A stretch of 64,000 nucleotides of DNA from an uncultured Bifidobacteriaceae bacterium (GTDB lineage: Bacteria; Actinomycetota; Acidimicrobiia; IMCC26256; PALSA-555): positions 107,409-171,408 of the forward strand of contig CAZCUD010000007.1 of the NCBI GenBank assembly GCA_964501785.1, written 5' to 3'. Below, piece by piece: positions 48,291 to 57,427 of this stretch. A model generated the notes under the pieces. The model saw only the letters and a program-made list of their open reading frames with translations, searched no databases and was not told where the DNA came from. Position 1 is the stretch's first letter. Each line of letters starts with the position of its first letter. Both the position numbers and the translations under genes were made by a program.

Positions 48291-49310
48291 ATGCGCGTCG
48301 GGCGGGGGATCGCGGTCGTGGCCGTGGCGGGGCTCGTCCCTGCGTCGCTCGTGCTCGGCGGGGGCGCGGCGGGCGGGCAGACCGAGTCGGTCACCTTCGA
48401 GTTCACGGGTGGGCCGCAGACGTTCGTCGTGCCGGCCGGGGTGACCGCACTCGAGGTCGAGGTCAGCGGCGCCGAGGGCGGTGCCGGATCCGGGTGCCTC
48501 ATCGGTGGCGAGCAGCAGTGCGCGACGCCGGGCGACGGCGGGCTCGGCGCGACCGTCACCGCGACGATCCCGGTCACGCCGGGCGAGACGCTCGTGGTGG
48601 TCGTGGGCGGCGCCGGCGGCGACGCCACGAACGCCATCGGCGACGGCCCGGCGGGCGAGGGCGGTGCGGGAGGCTTCGGCGGGGCCGACGGCGGTGACGG
48701 TGCCGACAGCGGGACCGTGGCGATCCCCGGCGGCGCCGGCGGTGGTGGTGGGGGCGGCTCGGCCATCCTGCAGGAGCTCACCGTCGTGGCCCTGGCGGCC
48801 GGTGGCGGCGGCGGTGGCGGCGGCGGGATCGCCGAGGGCGTCCCTTCGGAGCCCGGTGGGGACGGTGGCGCCAGCGCGGCGGCCGGTGACGGTGGCGCGG
48901 GCAACTGCGGCGCCGACGGCGGTCAGCCGGGCACGGAGGGATCCGACGGCATCGGCGGCTCCGGGGGCACCGCGTCGTCGTGCAGCGCGGGCACGGGCGT
49001 CGCCGGCGATCCGGGTGCCCCGGGTGCCTCGGGGATCGGTGGCGAAGGCGGCATCGGCGGGTCCGGCGGCAGCTGGAGCGGCGCCGGTGGTGGTGGCGGT
49101 GGCGGCGGGTTCACCGCGGGTGGCGGTGGCGGCGGGGGTGCCCGCAGCGACTCGCAGTCGGGCCCGGGCGGTGGCGGCGGCGGGGGTGCGAGCGTCACGC
49201 CGAGCGGCGGGGTGCTCGTCGACGGCGCCCGCAGCGGCGACGGCGTCGTCGTCGTCCGGTTCGTCCGCGGGCCCGCTGCGCTGGTGATCGAACCGACCTT
49301 CACGGGCTGA
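48291..49310 (+). CDS. Secreted glycine-rich domain protein ending in VIEPTFTG
   Basis: Signal peptide MRVGRGIAVVAVAGLVPASLVLGG. N-terminal FEFTGGPQTFVVPAGVTALEVEVSGAEGG module. Long poly-Gly tracts. C-terminus VVVVRFVRGPAALVIEPTFTG-stop. Confidence 0.8.
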   Translation: MRVGRGIAVVAVAGLVPASLVLGGGAAGGQTESVTFEFTGGPQTFVVPAGVTALEVEVSGAEGGAGSGCLIGGEQQCATPGDGGLGATVTATIPVTPGETLVVVVGGAGGDATNAIGDGPAGEGGAGGFGGADGGDGADSGTVAIPGGAGGGGGGGSAILQELTVVALAAGGGGGGGGGIAEGVPSEPGGDGGASAAAGDGGAGNCGADGGQPGTEGSDGIGGSGGTASSCSAGTGVAGDPGAPGASGIGGEGGIGGSGGSWSGAGGGGGGGGFTAGGGGGGGARSDSQSGPGGGGGGGASVTPSGGVLVDGARSGDGVVVVRFVRGPAALVIEPTFTG

Positions 49311-49429
49311 CCTCGCGGCGGGGCCGATCGGCCGTTTCGACGCCGCACCGGGTGGCGGGCCAGAATCTCCGGCGCACCTGGGGATGACGGCGCTCTGAGG
49401 CCGCCCCCGCCGACCGACGCAGGAGCACC

Positions 49430-50212
49430 ATGAACATCGCCGTCTGCGTGAAGCAGATCCCCGACCCGGCCACGCCGGGCGAGCTCGACCCCGGCACGAA
49501 GACCCTCAAGCGCGAGGGCAAGCTCATCCTCGACGAGTCCGACAGCTACGGCGTCGAGATGGCGCTCCAGCTCGTCGACAAGGCGGGCGGAGGCGAGGTC
49601 ACCCTCATCTCGATGGCACCCAACAGCGAGGTGTCGGGCCTGCGCACCGCGCTGGCGATGGGTGCGGCCAAGGCCGTGCTCGTCTCCGACGACGCGCTGG
49701 CCGGCAGCGACTCGCTGGGCACCGCGAAGGTGCTCGCGAAGGCGGTCGAGCGCATCGGTGACATCGACCTCGTGCTCACCGCGACGGAGTCGACCGACGG
49801 CTACACCGGCACGGTGCCGGAGCAGGTCGCCGAGCTCCTCGACTGGCCGTCGCTGACGTTCGCGAAGCACATCGAGCTCGGTGACGGGAAGGTCAAGATC
49901 GAACGCCAGACCGAGGCGGGCTACGACGTCGTCGAGGCGTCGCTCCCCGCGGTGGCGAGCGTGACGGCCGGCGTCGTCGAGCCGAGGTATCCGTCGTTCA
50001 AGGGCATCATGGCCGCGAAGAACAAGCCGGTCGACGAGGTGAAGGTCGCCGATCTCGGCCTGTCCGCCGACCAGGTCGGCTGGGCCGGCGCGCGCCAGGA
50101 GATCACGGACGTGCGGGCCGCACCGGCGCGAGAGGCCGGCGAGAAGATCGAGGACGAGGGTGACGCCCACGAGAAGGTCGTCGCCTTCCTGGAAAACCTG
50201 AAGGTGATCTGA
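49430..50212 (+). CDS. etfB: Electron transfer flavoprotein beta subunit
   Basis: MNIAVCVKQIPD...VSGLRTALAMGA...TESTDGYTGTVPEQVAELL is the canonical ETF-beta sequence. An aggagc RBS lies upstream. Confidence 0.95.
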   Translation: MNIAVCVKQIPDPATPGELDPGTKTLKREGKLILDESDSYGVEMALQLVDKAGGGEVTLISMAPNSEVSGLRTALAMGAAKAVLVSDDALAGSDSLGTAKVLAKAVERIGDIDLVLTATESTDGYTGTVPEQVAELLDWPSLTFAKHIELGDGKVKIERQTEAGYDVVEASLPAVASVTAGVVEPRYPSFKGIMAAKNKPVDEVKVADLGLSADQVGWAGARQEITDVRAAPAREAGEKIEDEGDAHEKVVAFLENLKVI

Positions 50213-50215
50213 GCG

Positions 50216-51190
50216 ATGGCACTCTCCAAGATCCTCGTCTACGCGGAGAACGACGACACCGGCGAGAAGGCCGCGACGAGCACGCTCGAGCTGCTCACGA
50301 AGGCCCGCGACCTGGCCGACACGGTCGAGTGCGTCTACGTCGGCTCGAACGCCGACGCGATCGCCGGCGCGCTCGGCGAGCACGGCGCCACCAAGGTGCA
50401 CGCCATCGACAATGGTGAAGTGCTCAAGGGGGTCGTCGGCGCGGGTGCGGTCGCGAAGCTGATCGAGACCGAGCAGCCCGACCTCGTCCTGTTCGCGCAG
50501 ACCTACGACGGGCGTGATGCGCTCGGGCGCCTGTCGGCCAAGGTCGACCGTCCCGCGCTCACCAACGGCACCGAGCTCGCCGTCGACGGTGACGCGGTGA
50601 CCGTGGGCACCGCGATCTTCGGCGGCAACACGCTCGTGGACGCCAAGTTCACCGGCGAGAAGCCGTATCTGGCCGCGATCCGTCCGAAGTCGTTCGCGGC
50701 CGAGCCGAGCGGCGGGGGTGCGGCCGAGGTCGCGACCATCGACGGCGTCGAGACGGGCCGCGCGGCCGAGGCGAAGGTGCTGGAGCGCCACGTCGAGGAG
50801 CGCGAGGGGCCGAAGCTCGAAGAGGCGCCCGTCGTGGTCTCGGGTGGCCGGGGCATCGGGAGCGCCGAGGCGTACGAGCCGCTCGTGGAAGAGCTGGCCA
50901 AGCTCCTCAACGGAGCGTCGGGCGCGTCCCGTGCGATCGTCGACGCGGGCTGGGTGCCGTACGCGAAGCAGGTCGGTCAGACGGGCAAGACCGTGAAGCC
51001 CAAGGTGTACTTCGCGCTCGGCATCTCGGGGGCGACGCAGCACCTGGTCGGCATGAAGGGCTCCGACAACATCGTCGCCATCAACAAGGACGGCGAGGCA
51101 CCGATCTTCTCGGTGGCCGACCTCGGCATCGTCGGTGACGTGCACAAGGTCGTCCCGAAGCTGATCGAAGCGCTGAAGTCACGCGGCTGA
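50216..51190 (+). CDS. etfA: Electron transfer flavoprotein alpha subunit
   Basis: VVSGGRG...[51 protein letters not shown] is the FAD-binding signature. Confidence 0.95.
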   Translation: MALSKILVYAENDDTGEKAATSTLELLTKARDLADTVECVYVGSNADAIAGALGEHGATKVHAIDNGEVLKGVVGAGAVAKLIETEQPDLVLFAQTYDGRDALGRLSAKVDRPALTNGTELAVDGDAVTVGTAIFGGNTLVDAKFTGEKPYLAAIRPKSFAAEPSGGGAAEVATIDGVETGRAAEAKVLERHVEEREGPKLEEAPVVVSGGRGIGSAEAYEPLVEELAKLLNGASGASRAIVDAGWVPYAKQVGQTGKTVKPKVYFALGISGATQHLVGMKGSDNIVAINKDGEAPIFSVADLGIVGDVHKVVPKLIEALKSRG

Positions 51191-51206
51191 TCGCGGGAGC
51201 GCTCCG

Positions 51207-51863
51207 GTGAGCGGGGTGGGCGCGGTCGAGCTGGAGGTCCGGGACCTCGAGCCCGACGAGCTCGCGCTGGCAGGCGGTGTGGCGGGCCGCGCGCTCGCCG
51301 ACAACCCGACGTTCCGCTGGGCCTCGGGTGAGCCGGCGCTGCCGCGGGTGACCGCGGCCCTCGACGTGTTCGTGCCCTTCGTCGAGGGGATGAGCGTGCC
51401 GCAGCTCGGCGCCGTCGTCGGTCGCCACGTCGTCGGCGTCTGCGCGGCTGCGCCGCCCGGCACGTGCGTCGGGACGCTCGCGCCTCCCGAGTGGCGCGAG
51501 CCGCCGAAGGACGTCGGAGCGCCCGGTCACGAGACGCGCACCCAGGCGATCTGGTCGCTGTTCGCCTCACACGACCTGGACGAGCGCCACTGGCACGTCG
51601 GCCCGGTGTCGGTCGAGCCGGGGCTGCAGGGCGCGGGCATCGGCGGTGCGCTCCTGGAAGCGTTCGGCGCCCGGATGGACGCCGCCGGCGAGGTCGCGTG
51701 GCTCGAGACCGACAAGCCCGAGAACGTCGCGTTCTACCGGCGGCACGGCTTCGAGGTCGCCGAGGCCGTGGCGCTGACCGATCTCCTGCCCGGGGGCCTG
51801 CCGCCGGGAGGAAGCGACTTCACGACGTGGTTCATGCGGCGTGATCCCCGTCGGCAGGGTTGA
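51207..51863 (+). CDS. GNAT family N-acetyltransferase
   Basis: [18 protein letters not shown]...[19 protein letters not shown] (motif A and C-terminal GNAT pattern). GTG start. Confidence 0.8.
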   Translation: MSGVGAVELEVRDLEPDELALAGGVAGRALADNPTFRWASGEPALPRVTAALDVFVPFVEGMSVPQLGAVVGRHVVGVCAAAPPGTCVGTLAPPEWREPPKDVGAPGHETRTQAIWSLFASHDLDERHWHVGPVSVEPGLQGAGIGGALLEAFGARMDAAGEVAWLETDKPENVAFYRRHGFEVAEAVALTDLLPGGLPPGGSDFTTWFMRRDPRRQG

Positions 51864-52293
51864 TCCGACCGCCGAACGAGGGCGTCAGCTCCGCGATCGA
51901 ACGCCATCGGTGCCCGGACATCAGCAGGTGGTCGAGCAGCTCGACGTGGTCGGCACGACACTCGACCCGGAGTCCCTCGAAGCGGGCGACGTCGGCGGCG
52001 GTGGGCGTGACCCGTGCCGGCGCGACGAACGTGACGAGCACGAGCTCACGGGCCCGGAGCTCCTCGGCGACGAGGCGCAGGTGCTCGGCGCACAGCTCGG
52101 GCACGGGGCCGTCACGCTCGGGGAACCGGGACGCGATCCCGCACAGGTACGACGACCGGTCGAGGCCGAGGATCAGCTCCCCGTCGTCGAGGTCGTCGGT
52201 GACCGCATCGTGCAGCAGCGCGGCGACGTCGTCGGGGCCGAGGAGCCGGAGCAGGTCGCGGTCGTCGTCTCGTGCCGGTTCGCAAGGCGCCAT
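51832..52293 (-). CDS. RadC-like JAB/MPN-fold protein with degenerate active site
   Basis: From ATG 52293. ELILGLDRSSYLCGIASRF...RELVLVTFVAPARVTPTAADVARFEGLRVECRADHVELLDHLLMSGHRWRSIAE aligns by eye with the RadC C-terminus (..ILAHNHPSG..PS.AD...L.VLDHIIIG...SF.E). HNHPSG is replaced by TFVAPA. Confidence 0.6.
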   Translation of the reverse strand: MAPCEPARDDDRDLLRLLGPDDVAALLHDAVTDDLDDGELILGLDRSSYLCGIASRFPERDGPVPELCAEHLRLVAEELRARELVLVTFVAPARVTPTAADVARFEGLRVECRADHVELLDHLLMSGHRWRSIAELTPSFGGRINPADGDHAA

Positions 52294-52395
52294 GGCGCGT
52301 CCTCCTGAGGTCGTGCCGTCGGGGGAAGCGCCGTGATGCGACGAGCGTGGTGAGTGGTGCGGCGACGCACGGGCCGGGGGGCCCGCCTCGGCGAT

Positions 52396-52411
52396 CCGAA
52401 CAGACGTTCGA
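52396..52411. promoter_or_regulatory. LexA (SOS) box in the divergent region between the RadC-like gene and the alpha/beta hydrolase gene
   Basis: CCGAAC-AGAC-GTTCGA. It has the same architecture as the imuA' and dnaE2 boxes. It lies about 103 nt upstream of ATG 52293 (minus strand) and about 143 nt upstream of 52554 (plus strand). Confidence 0.65.
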
Positions 52412-52553
52412 TCCCACGCCGAGCATGACACGCCGCGGTGACGACGGTGACGGGAGAGACGACGGCGCGTACGTTGCCCGTCAGGCCGGCGACTCGACGA
52501 GGTCGAGATCCGTGGTCGGCGGTCCAGGAGGGTGCCGAGGGAGGAGGCAGTTG

Positions 52554-53750
52554 GTGGGACGGTTCTTCGACGACGCAGATCTCGACTTCGCGGTGCTCCT
52601 CGCGTTGGGCTTCGCGTACCACGGCACGGCCGACGTCGGTGAGGTGCTGGCGACGATCGACGGCGTCCCCGACGGTGACCGCGACGCGTGGGTGCACGCG
52701 TGGCGGTCGACCGCCGACCGGCTCCGCAACGAGGCCGACGCGGCGGAGCGCGCGGGTCACCGCGTCAGCGCGCGCTCGAAGCTGCTGCGAGCATCCACCT
52801 ACTACGACCATGCGTCCTCCGGAAGTCCGGGGACCTCTGATCCCGACGGCTACGACCGGTACTGGGAGCTGCACCGCGACTGCTGGGATCGAGCGGCTGC
52901 GCTGTTCGACCCGCCGGTGGAGCCCGTGTCCGTTCCGTACGAGGGCACCGAGCTCGCGGGCTACTTCTTCGCGCCGGACACGAGCGGCGCACGCCGCCCG
53001 ACGTTGATCCTCAACAACGGGTCCGACGGACCCGTCATCTCCATGTGGAGCCTGGGCGGGCACGCTGCGATCCAGCGAGGTTGGAATGCGATCACCTTCG
53101 ACGGACCGGGTCAGGGCGCCGCGCTGCATCGCCAGGGACTGCACTTCCGGCACGACTGGGAGAAGGTCGTGACCCCCGTCGTCGACTACCTGCACACGCG
53201 GCCCGACGTCGACACCGATCGGATCGCGCTCCAGGGCGTGAGCCAGGCCGGCTACTGGGCGCCACGAGCCGCCGCGCACGAGTCGCGGATCTCGGCGCTG
53301 GTCGCCGATCCGGGCGTGATCGACGTCGCCGCGTCGTGGGAGGCGCACCTGCCGAAGGAGATGGTGCAGCTGCTCGACGAGGGCAACCAGCACGACTTCG
53401 ACGCGCTGATGGCTTCCGGCGACGACGCGCAGCAGGCGGTGCTCGCGTGGCGCATGGCCCCCTACGGGACGTCGTCTCCGTTCGAGGCGTTCACGGCGGC
53501 GCGAGCGATGCACCTCGACGACGCGACCATCGCCCGCATCACGTGCCCGACGCTCGTCACCGATCCGGACAACGAGCAGTTCTGGCCGGGCCAGTCCCAG
53601 GCCCTCTACGACGAGCTCACGTGTGCACGGAAGGACATCGTGCGGTTCACCACTGCGGAGGGTGCCGACTGGCACTGCGAGCCCGCGGCGCAGAGCCTGC
53701 GGGACGAGCGGGTGTTCGACTGGCTCGAGGAGGTCCTCGAGATCGGGTGA
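52554..53750 (+). CDS. Alpha/beta hydrolase (prolyl oligopeptidase / dihydropseudooxynicotine-hydrolase-like)
   Basis: GTG 52554 behind ggaggagg. Nucleophile elbow LQGVSQAGYW. N-terminal helical cap. C-terminal DW-H region (EGADWHCE). Confidence 0.75.
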   Translation: MGRFFDDADLDFAVLLALGFAYHGTADVGEVLATIDGVPDGDRDAWVHAWRSTADRLRNEADAAERAGHRVSARSKLLRASTYYDHASSGSPGTSDPDGYDRYWELHRDCWDRAAALFDPPVEPVSVPYEGTELAGYFFAPDTSGARRPTLILNNGSDGPVISMWSLGGHAAIQRGWNAITFDGPGQGAALHRQGLHFRHDWEKVVTPVVDYLHTRPDVDTDRIALQGVSQAGYWAPRAAAHESRISALVADPGVIDVAASWEAHLPKEMVQLLDEGNQHDFDALMASGDDAQQAVLAWRMAPYGTSSPFEAFTAARAMHLDDATIARITCPTLVTDPDNEQFWPGQSQALYDELTCARKDIVRFTTAEGADWHCEPAAQSLRDERVFDWLEEVLEIG

Positions 53751-53780
53751 GGTTCGCCGCGACGTGCCGCGCGGCGAGCG

Positions 53781-54557
53781 TCAGTCGGCCAGGTCGATCA
53801 CGAGCGGCGCGTGGTCGGACGGGAGCTTGCCCTTGCGCGCGTTGCGGTCGACGAGCGCCCACGTGACTCGATCGGCGACCGGTCGGGTGACGAGCGCGAG
53901 GTCGATGCGCATGCCGCGGTGCTGGTGGAAGTCACCGCCCCGGTAGTCCCAGTAGGTGAAGAGCCCGTCCTGGTCGTACACCTCGCGGAACGCGTCGACG
54001 AGGCCCCAGTCCTCGAGCGCGGCGATCGCGGCGCGCTCGGGCTCCGTGACGTGCGTCGCGCCGACGAACGCCTTGGGTGACCACACGTCCCGATCCTCGG
54101 GCGCGACGTTGAAGTCGCCGGTGACGACGATCGGGTCGGTCGGGGCCCGCGTGACCGCGAGCCAGTCCTTGAGGCAGCCGAGCCACGCGAGCTTGCGCTC
54201 GTAGTGGTCGGTGCCGACCTCGCGCCCGTTCGGCACGTAGACGCTGACGACCTGCAGCCCGCCGCAGCGCGCGGTGAGCAGCCGCGCGTCACCCTCGTAG
54301 GGATCGACGAGGTCCTCGAAGCCGCTCGACACGTCACTGAGCCCGACCTTCGAGAGGATCGCGACCCCGTTCCACTGGCCCTGGCCGTGATGCGCCGCCT
54401 CGTAGCCGAGGGCCTCGAAGGTGAGCTGGGGGAACGCGTCGTCGGCGAGCTTGGTCTCCTGGAGGCACAGCACGTCGGGTGCCGCGTACTCGAGCCACTC
54501 CTCGACCCGTGGCAGGCGCTTGTTGAGCGAGTTGACGTTCCAGGTCGCGATCCTCAT
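53781..54557 (-). CDS. xthA: Exodeoxyribonuclease III
   Basis: MRIATWNVNSLNKRLPRVEEWL...DVLCLQETK...VTGDFNVAPEDRDVW...SDHAPLVIDL are the EEP-fold AP endonuclease motifs. Confidence 0.93.
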   Translation of the reverse strand: MRIATWNVNSLNKRLPRVEEWLEYAAPDVLCLQETKLADDAFPQLTFEALGYEAAHHGQGQWNGVAILSKVGLSDVSSGFEDLVDPYEGDARLLTARCGGLQVVSVYVPNGREVGTDHYERKLAWLGCLKDWLAVTRAPTDPIVVTGDFNVAPEDRDVWSPKAFVGATHVTEPERAAIAALEDWGLVDAFREVYDQDGLFTYWDYRGGDFHQHRGMRIDLALVTRPVADRVTWALVDRNARKGKLPSDHAPLVIDLAD

Positions 54558-54877
54558 GGGTTCCCGCGTTCGTCGGTCGGTGGAGCCTCGGAGGGGCGGC
54601 TCGGCTGCGCGACGAACTGGCGCCGGAGGAGCACGAAGGCGACCCCCGCGACCGCGAGCCCGACCACGACCGACACCACGATCGTGACGGTGCCCCCGCC
54701 GCCGCCCGACTCGTCGGTGACGGGCCCGACGCACCGGTCGCGGTCGCGCTCTCGGTCGGTGCCACACCGCTCACCCGACGGTCCTGTGCCGGCGCCGGCC
54801 GGGGTCGTCACGATGAGCGCCGTCGTCGTCAGCCCGAGCAGAGCGACCGCGAGCACCGAGACGAGTGCACCCCGCAT
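54554..54877 (-). CDS. Small secreted/membrane-anchored hypothetical protein (107 aa)
   Basis: N-terminal signal MRGALVSVLAVALLGLTTTALIV. A Cys-bounded charged loop CGTDRERDRDRC. A G5 tract. C-terminal TM plus LLRRQ. Its stop overlaps the xthA ATG (ATGA). Confidence 0.5.
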   Translation of the reverse strand: MRGALVSVLAVALLGLTTTALIVTTPAGAGTGPSGERCGTDRERDRDRCVGPVTDESGGGGGTVTIVVSVVVGLAVAGVAFVLLRRQFVAQPSRPSEAPPTDERGNP

Positions 54878-54951
54878 CCGCCTGACGTGCGTTGCTCGAC
54901 CCTCGTGGCGAAGGTGAGCTACGCAACCAGACGAAGGCACGGGGCCGGAAC

Positions 54952-56406
54952 CTAGTGGTCGGGGTCGGGGTCGGGCGCAGCGGGCTCGGGGGCAGCGGGC
55001 TCGGGGGCTCGGGGCTCGGTGTAGCGCGGGTTGGCGACCGCGAGCTTGGCGCGGACGACGTCGACCACCGCGGCGACGACCGCGTCGTCCCCTTCGGTGG
55101 TCAGCAGCGAGCCGTCGCGGATGCCGGCCGCCAGCCCGCCGACGAGCTCGCGGCCGCTCCCCTCGTGCCCCAGCAGCGCGGCGAGGCGCGCGACGACGGG
55201 CGCGTCGACGGACGGTCCGAGGACGAGCTCGCGCTCGACGATCCCCAGCGCGTTCACGGCGACCCGGGCGTGGAACGCGCCGCGGCCCTCGAGCGCGGGC
55301 TGGACGTCCGACTCGACGTACTCCCGCACGGCCTCGAGCAGCTCGGCTGCGCTGGGACGGTCCTGGAGCGAGCGCGGTGCGGCGTCGGCCACGGGCTCGG
55401 GCAGCGGCGCGAGCGTCGCGACGACGTCGGGCACGAGCAGCGCCAGGAGGTCCCACTCGGTCTCCGCGATCCGACGTCCGAGCGTCGCCAGCTCGACCGA
55501 GCGCACGAGCCCCCCGAGGTGGGTGTGGGCCTGGATCGCGCAGATGAGACCCCACTTGAGGGTCCCGAACGCCTCCCACCACGCCAGCCGGTCTCGATCG
55601 ACCCGCGCCCCGCCGGCCGCGGCATAGGCGTCGAGCAGCTCGTCGACGGTGCCGAAGCCGCCGACCGCTAGGTCGTCTCGCCCGAAGCGCCAGGACCGGA
55701 CGCAGCACCACCCGAGGTCCTCGACCGGGTCGCCGAGATGGGCCAGCTCCCAGTCGAGGAGCGCGCGCAGGCCCTCGGGGCCGACGACGAGGTTGCCGTT
55801 GCGGAAGTCGCCGTGGACGAGTGCGGGCTCCGTCGGCTCCGGCGCGTCGCGCTCCAGGAGGCGCAGCGCCAGCTCGAACGCGGGGTGCGGCTCACCGATG
55901 CCGTCCAGGATCCCGCGGTACTGGTCGAGCTGCTCGCGCCCGCCGAGCACGGGGAGGTCGGGGAGCGACTCCACCGGCACCGCGTGCACGCGTGCCGCCT
56001 CCGCGCCCAGCTCCGCGGCGAGCGCGGCGCGCGCGCTCGCGTACTGCTCCTCACGCAGGATGCGGCGCGGGATCGTCTCGCCGTCGATGCGCACCATCAC
56101 GAAGCCGTCGCCGAGCGCGTCGTCGGTGTCCAGCAGGTAGGCGACCTCGGGTGCGGTCACCCCCGCGGCGCGCGCCGCGCGCAGCACCTCGAACTCGGTC
56201 GCCCGGGCGGCGCCGAGCACGGTCGTGCTGGGGTCGCGACGGAGCACCAGAGGGTGCGCGGTGCCGCCGTCCTCGACGGCGTCGAACGCCCACGTCTCGC
56301 GCGACGCGCCTCCCGAGAGGCGGCGCAGGTCGGCGATCGTGACGCCGGCGCCGAGCCAGCGCGTCGTCGCCGCGGCGAGCGCAGCCTCGTCGATCGGCTC
56401 CGTCAC
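54952..56406 (-). CDS. Phosphotransferase (APH/choline-kinase-like) fused to a C-terminal helical domain
   Basis: Brenner/catalytic loop LVHGDFRNGNLVV, then LLDWELAHLGDP (DxD-like). A C-terminal domain of about 170 aa ends in the PEPAAPEPAAPDPDPDH tail. GTG 56406 overlaps the upstream stop. Confidence 0.8.
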   Translation of the reverse strand: MTEPIDEAALAAATTRWLGAGVTIADLRRLSGGASRETWAFDAVEDGGTAHPLVLRRDPSTTVLGAARATEFEVLRAARAAGVTAPEVAYLLDTDDALGDGFVMVRIDGETIPRRILREEQYASARAALAAELGAEAARVHAVPVESLPDLPVLGGREQLDQYRGILDGIGEPHPAFELALRLLERDAPEPTEPALVHGDFRNGNLVVGPEGLRALLDWELAHLGDPVEDLGWCCVRSWRFGRDDLAVGGFGTVDELLDAYAAAGGARVDRDRLAWWEAFGTLKWGLICAIQAHTHLGGLVRSVELATLGRRIAETEWDLLALLVPDVVATLAPLPEPVADAAPRSLQDRPSAAELLEAVREYVESDVQPALEGRGAFHARVAVNALGIVERELVLGPSVDAPVVARLAALLGHEGSGRELVGGLAAGIRDGSLLTTEGDDAVVAAVVDVVRAKLAVANPRYTEPRAPEPAAPEPAAPDPDPDH

Positions 56407-57401
56407 GATCCCTCGCGTCGGTGACCCTCGGCGAGCGCAATGAGCGCGTCGCGGTCGATCGCGTCGCTCGGCGCGGCCGCCACCCGGCACTTCGTGCGTG
56501 CCCGCAACGTCGCGGTGCGCCGACCGCCCTCGAGGACCGCGCGCTCACCGAGGATCGCCCCCGGGCCGACCTCCGCGAGCGGCTCCCCGTCGACGATCAC
56601 GTCGAGCACCCCGTCGAGCAGGAGGAACAGCTCGTCACCGGGATCTCCTTGCTCGCACAGCGCCGCGCCCTTCTTGACGGTGCGGATCTCCGGGTCGTGT
56701 CCGCCGCGCATGATCGTCGTCGAGAGCTGACGCTCGAGCGCGGTCTCGACCGCGGTGACGTACGCCTTCGAGTCCTCTCGACCCCAGGGCGTGCGCTTGC
56801 CGAACTGGTGGCCGTACCACTCCTTGAAGTCGGCGAGTCCCGCCTTCGCGTCCAGTGCACCCGCGGCGTCGTAGATCCAGTGACGTGGGAACCGACTCGC
56901 GCCCAACAGCTCGTACTCCGAGGTGCCGTCGGCGTGCAGCGTCAGCGCGAGCGTCGTCCACACGTCGGGTGGCTTCAGGCGGAAGAACGGCGGATGCTTC
57001 ACCGCCCTCGGTGCCGGGAGCGGCGCGCGGCCACCGGTGGTCTGGACGAAGCGCGCCGAGGTGCCGCGCAGCTCGGGGTCGTGGCGGATGTCGGGCAGCG
57101 CCACGGGCTCGAAGCGCGCGCTCTTGCCCGCAACGCTCACAGTGGTCAAGCCCATGTGCCCGCCGCCCTCGTAGCCGCAGTCGACGATGCGGCCGTCGCG
57201 CACCTCGATCCAGGCCCGGAGGTCGTTGGCGAAGCGGAACCGAGCGGACGCCTTGAGCTCGTCGAGGTCACCGGCGACGACGCGGTCGGGCGGCGGCTCG
57301 TCGTAGTGGGTCACGCCCACCTCGAACACCTGCTTGGGAAGGCCGGTCACGGCCTCCGACGGGATCCAGGAGACCGAGAGCACGGACGACTCGATGCGCA
57401 T
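56403..57401 (-). CDS. Cyclic nucleotide-binding domain protein with an uncharacterised N-terminal domain of about 220 aa
   Basis: The C-terminal cNMP domain is RTVKKGAALCEQGDPGDELFLLLDGVLDVIVDG...GPGAILGERAVLEGGRRTATLRA (the GE...R[ST]A phosphate-binding cassette). I recognise no motif in the N-terminal part. Confidence 0.75.
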   Translation of the reverse strand: MRIESSVLSVSWIPSEAVTGLPKQVFEVGVTHYDEPPPDRVVAGDLDELKASARFRFANDLRAWIEVRDGRIVDCGYEGGGHMGLTTVSVAGKSARFEPVALPDIRHDPELRGTSARFVQTTGGRAPLPAPRAVKHPPFFRLKPPDVWTTLALTLHADGTSEYELLGASRFPRHWIYDAAGALDAKAGLADFKEWYGHQFGKRTPWGREDSKAYVTAVETALERQLSTTIMRGGHDPEIRTVKKGAALCEQGDPGDELFLLLDGVLDVIVDGEPLAEVGPGAILGERAVLEGGRRTATLRARTKCRVAAAPSDAIDRDALIALAEGHRREGS

Positions 57402-57427
57402 CCCCGGACGGTAGGACGCCGGGCGAT

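Noticed and set aside
48600-49200. Highly repetitive GGC/GGT-rich DNA that looks like a tandem repeat or array.
   Set aside because: It is in frame within the glycine-rich protein and encodes poly-Gly tracts. There is no regular repeat-spacer periodicity and no CRISPR-like structure.
54554-54877. A sortase-substrate-like architecture in the 107-aa protein: ...GPVTDESGGGGG, then a TM helix, then an LLRRQ tail.
   Set aside because: There is no LPXTG/LAXTG-type pentapeptide (PVTDE does not fit), and no sortase gene is in the window. I kept it only as a hypothetical membrane-anchored protein.
54977-55006. A perfect 15-bp tandem duplication (gcagcgggctcgggg x2) at the 3' end of the phosphotransferase gene.
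   Set aside because: It encodes the PEPAA-PEPAA part of a Pro/Ala-rich C-terminal tail. It is an ordinary low-complexity linker repeat, at most a minor VNTR candidate.
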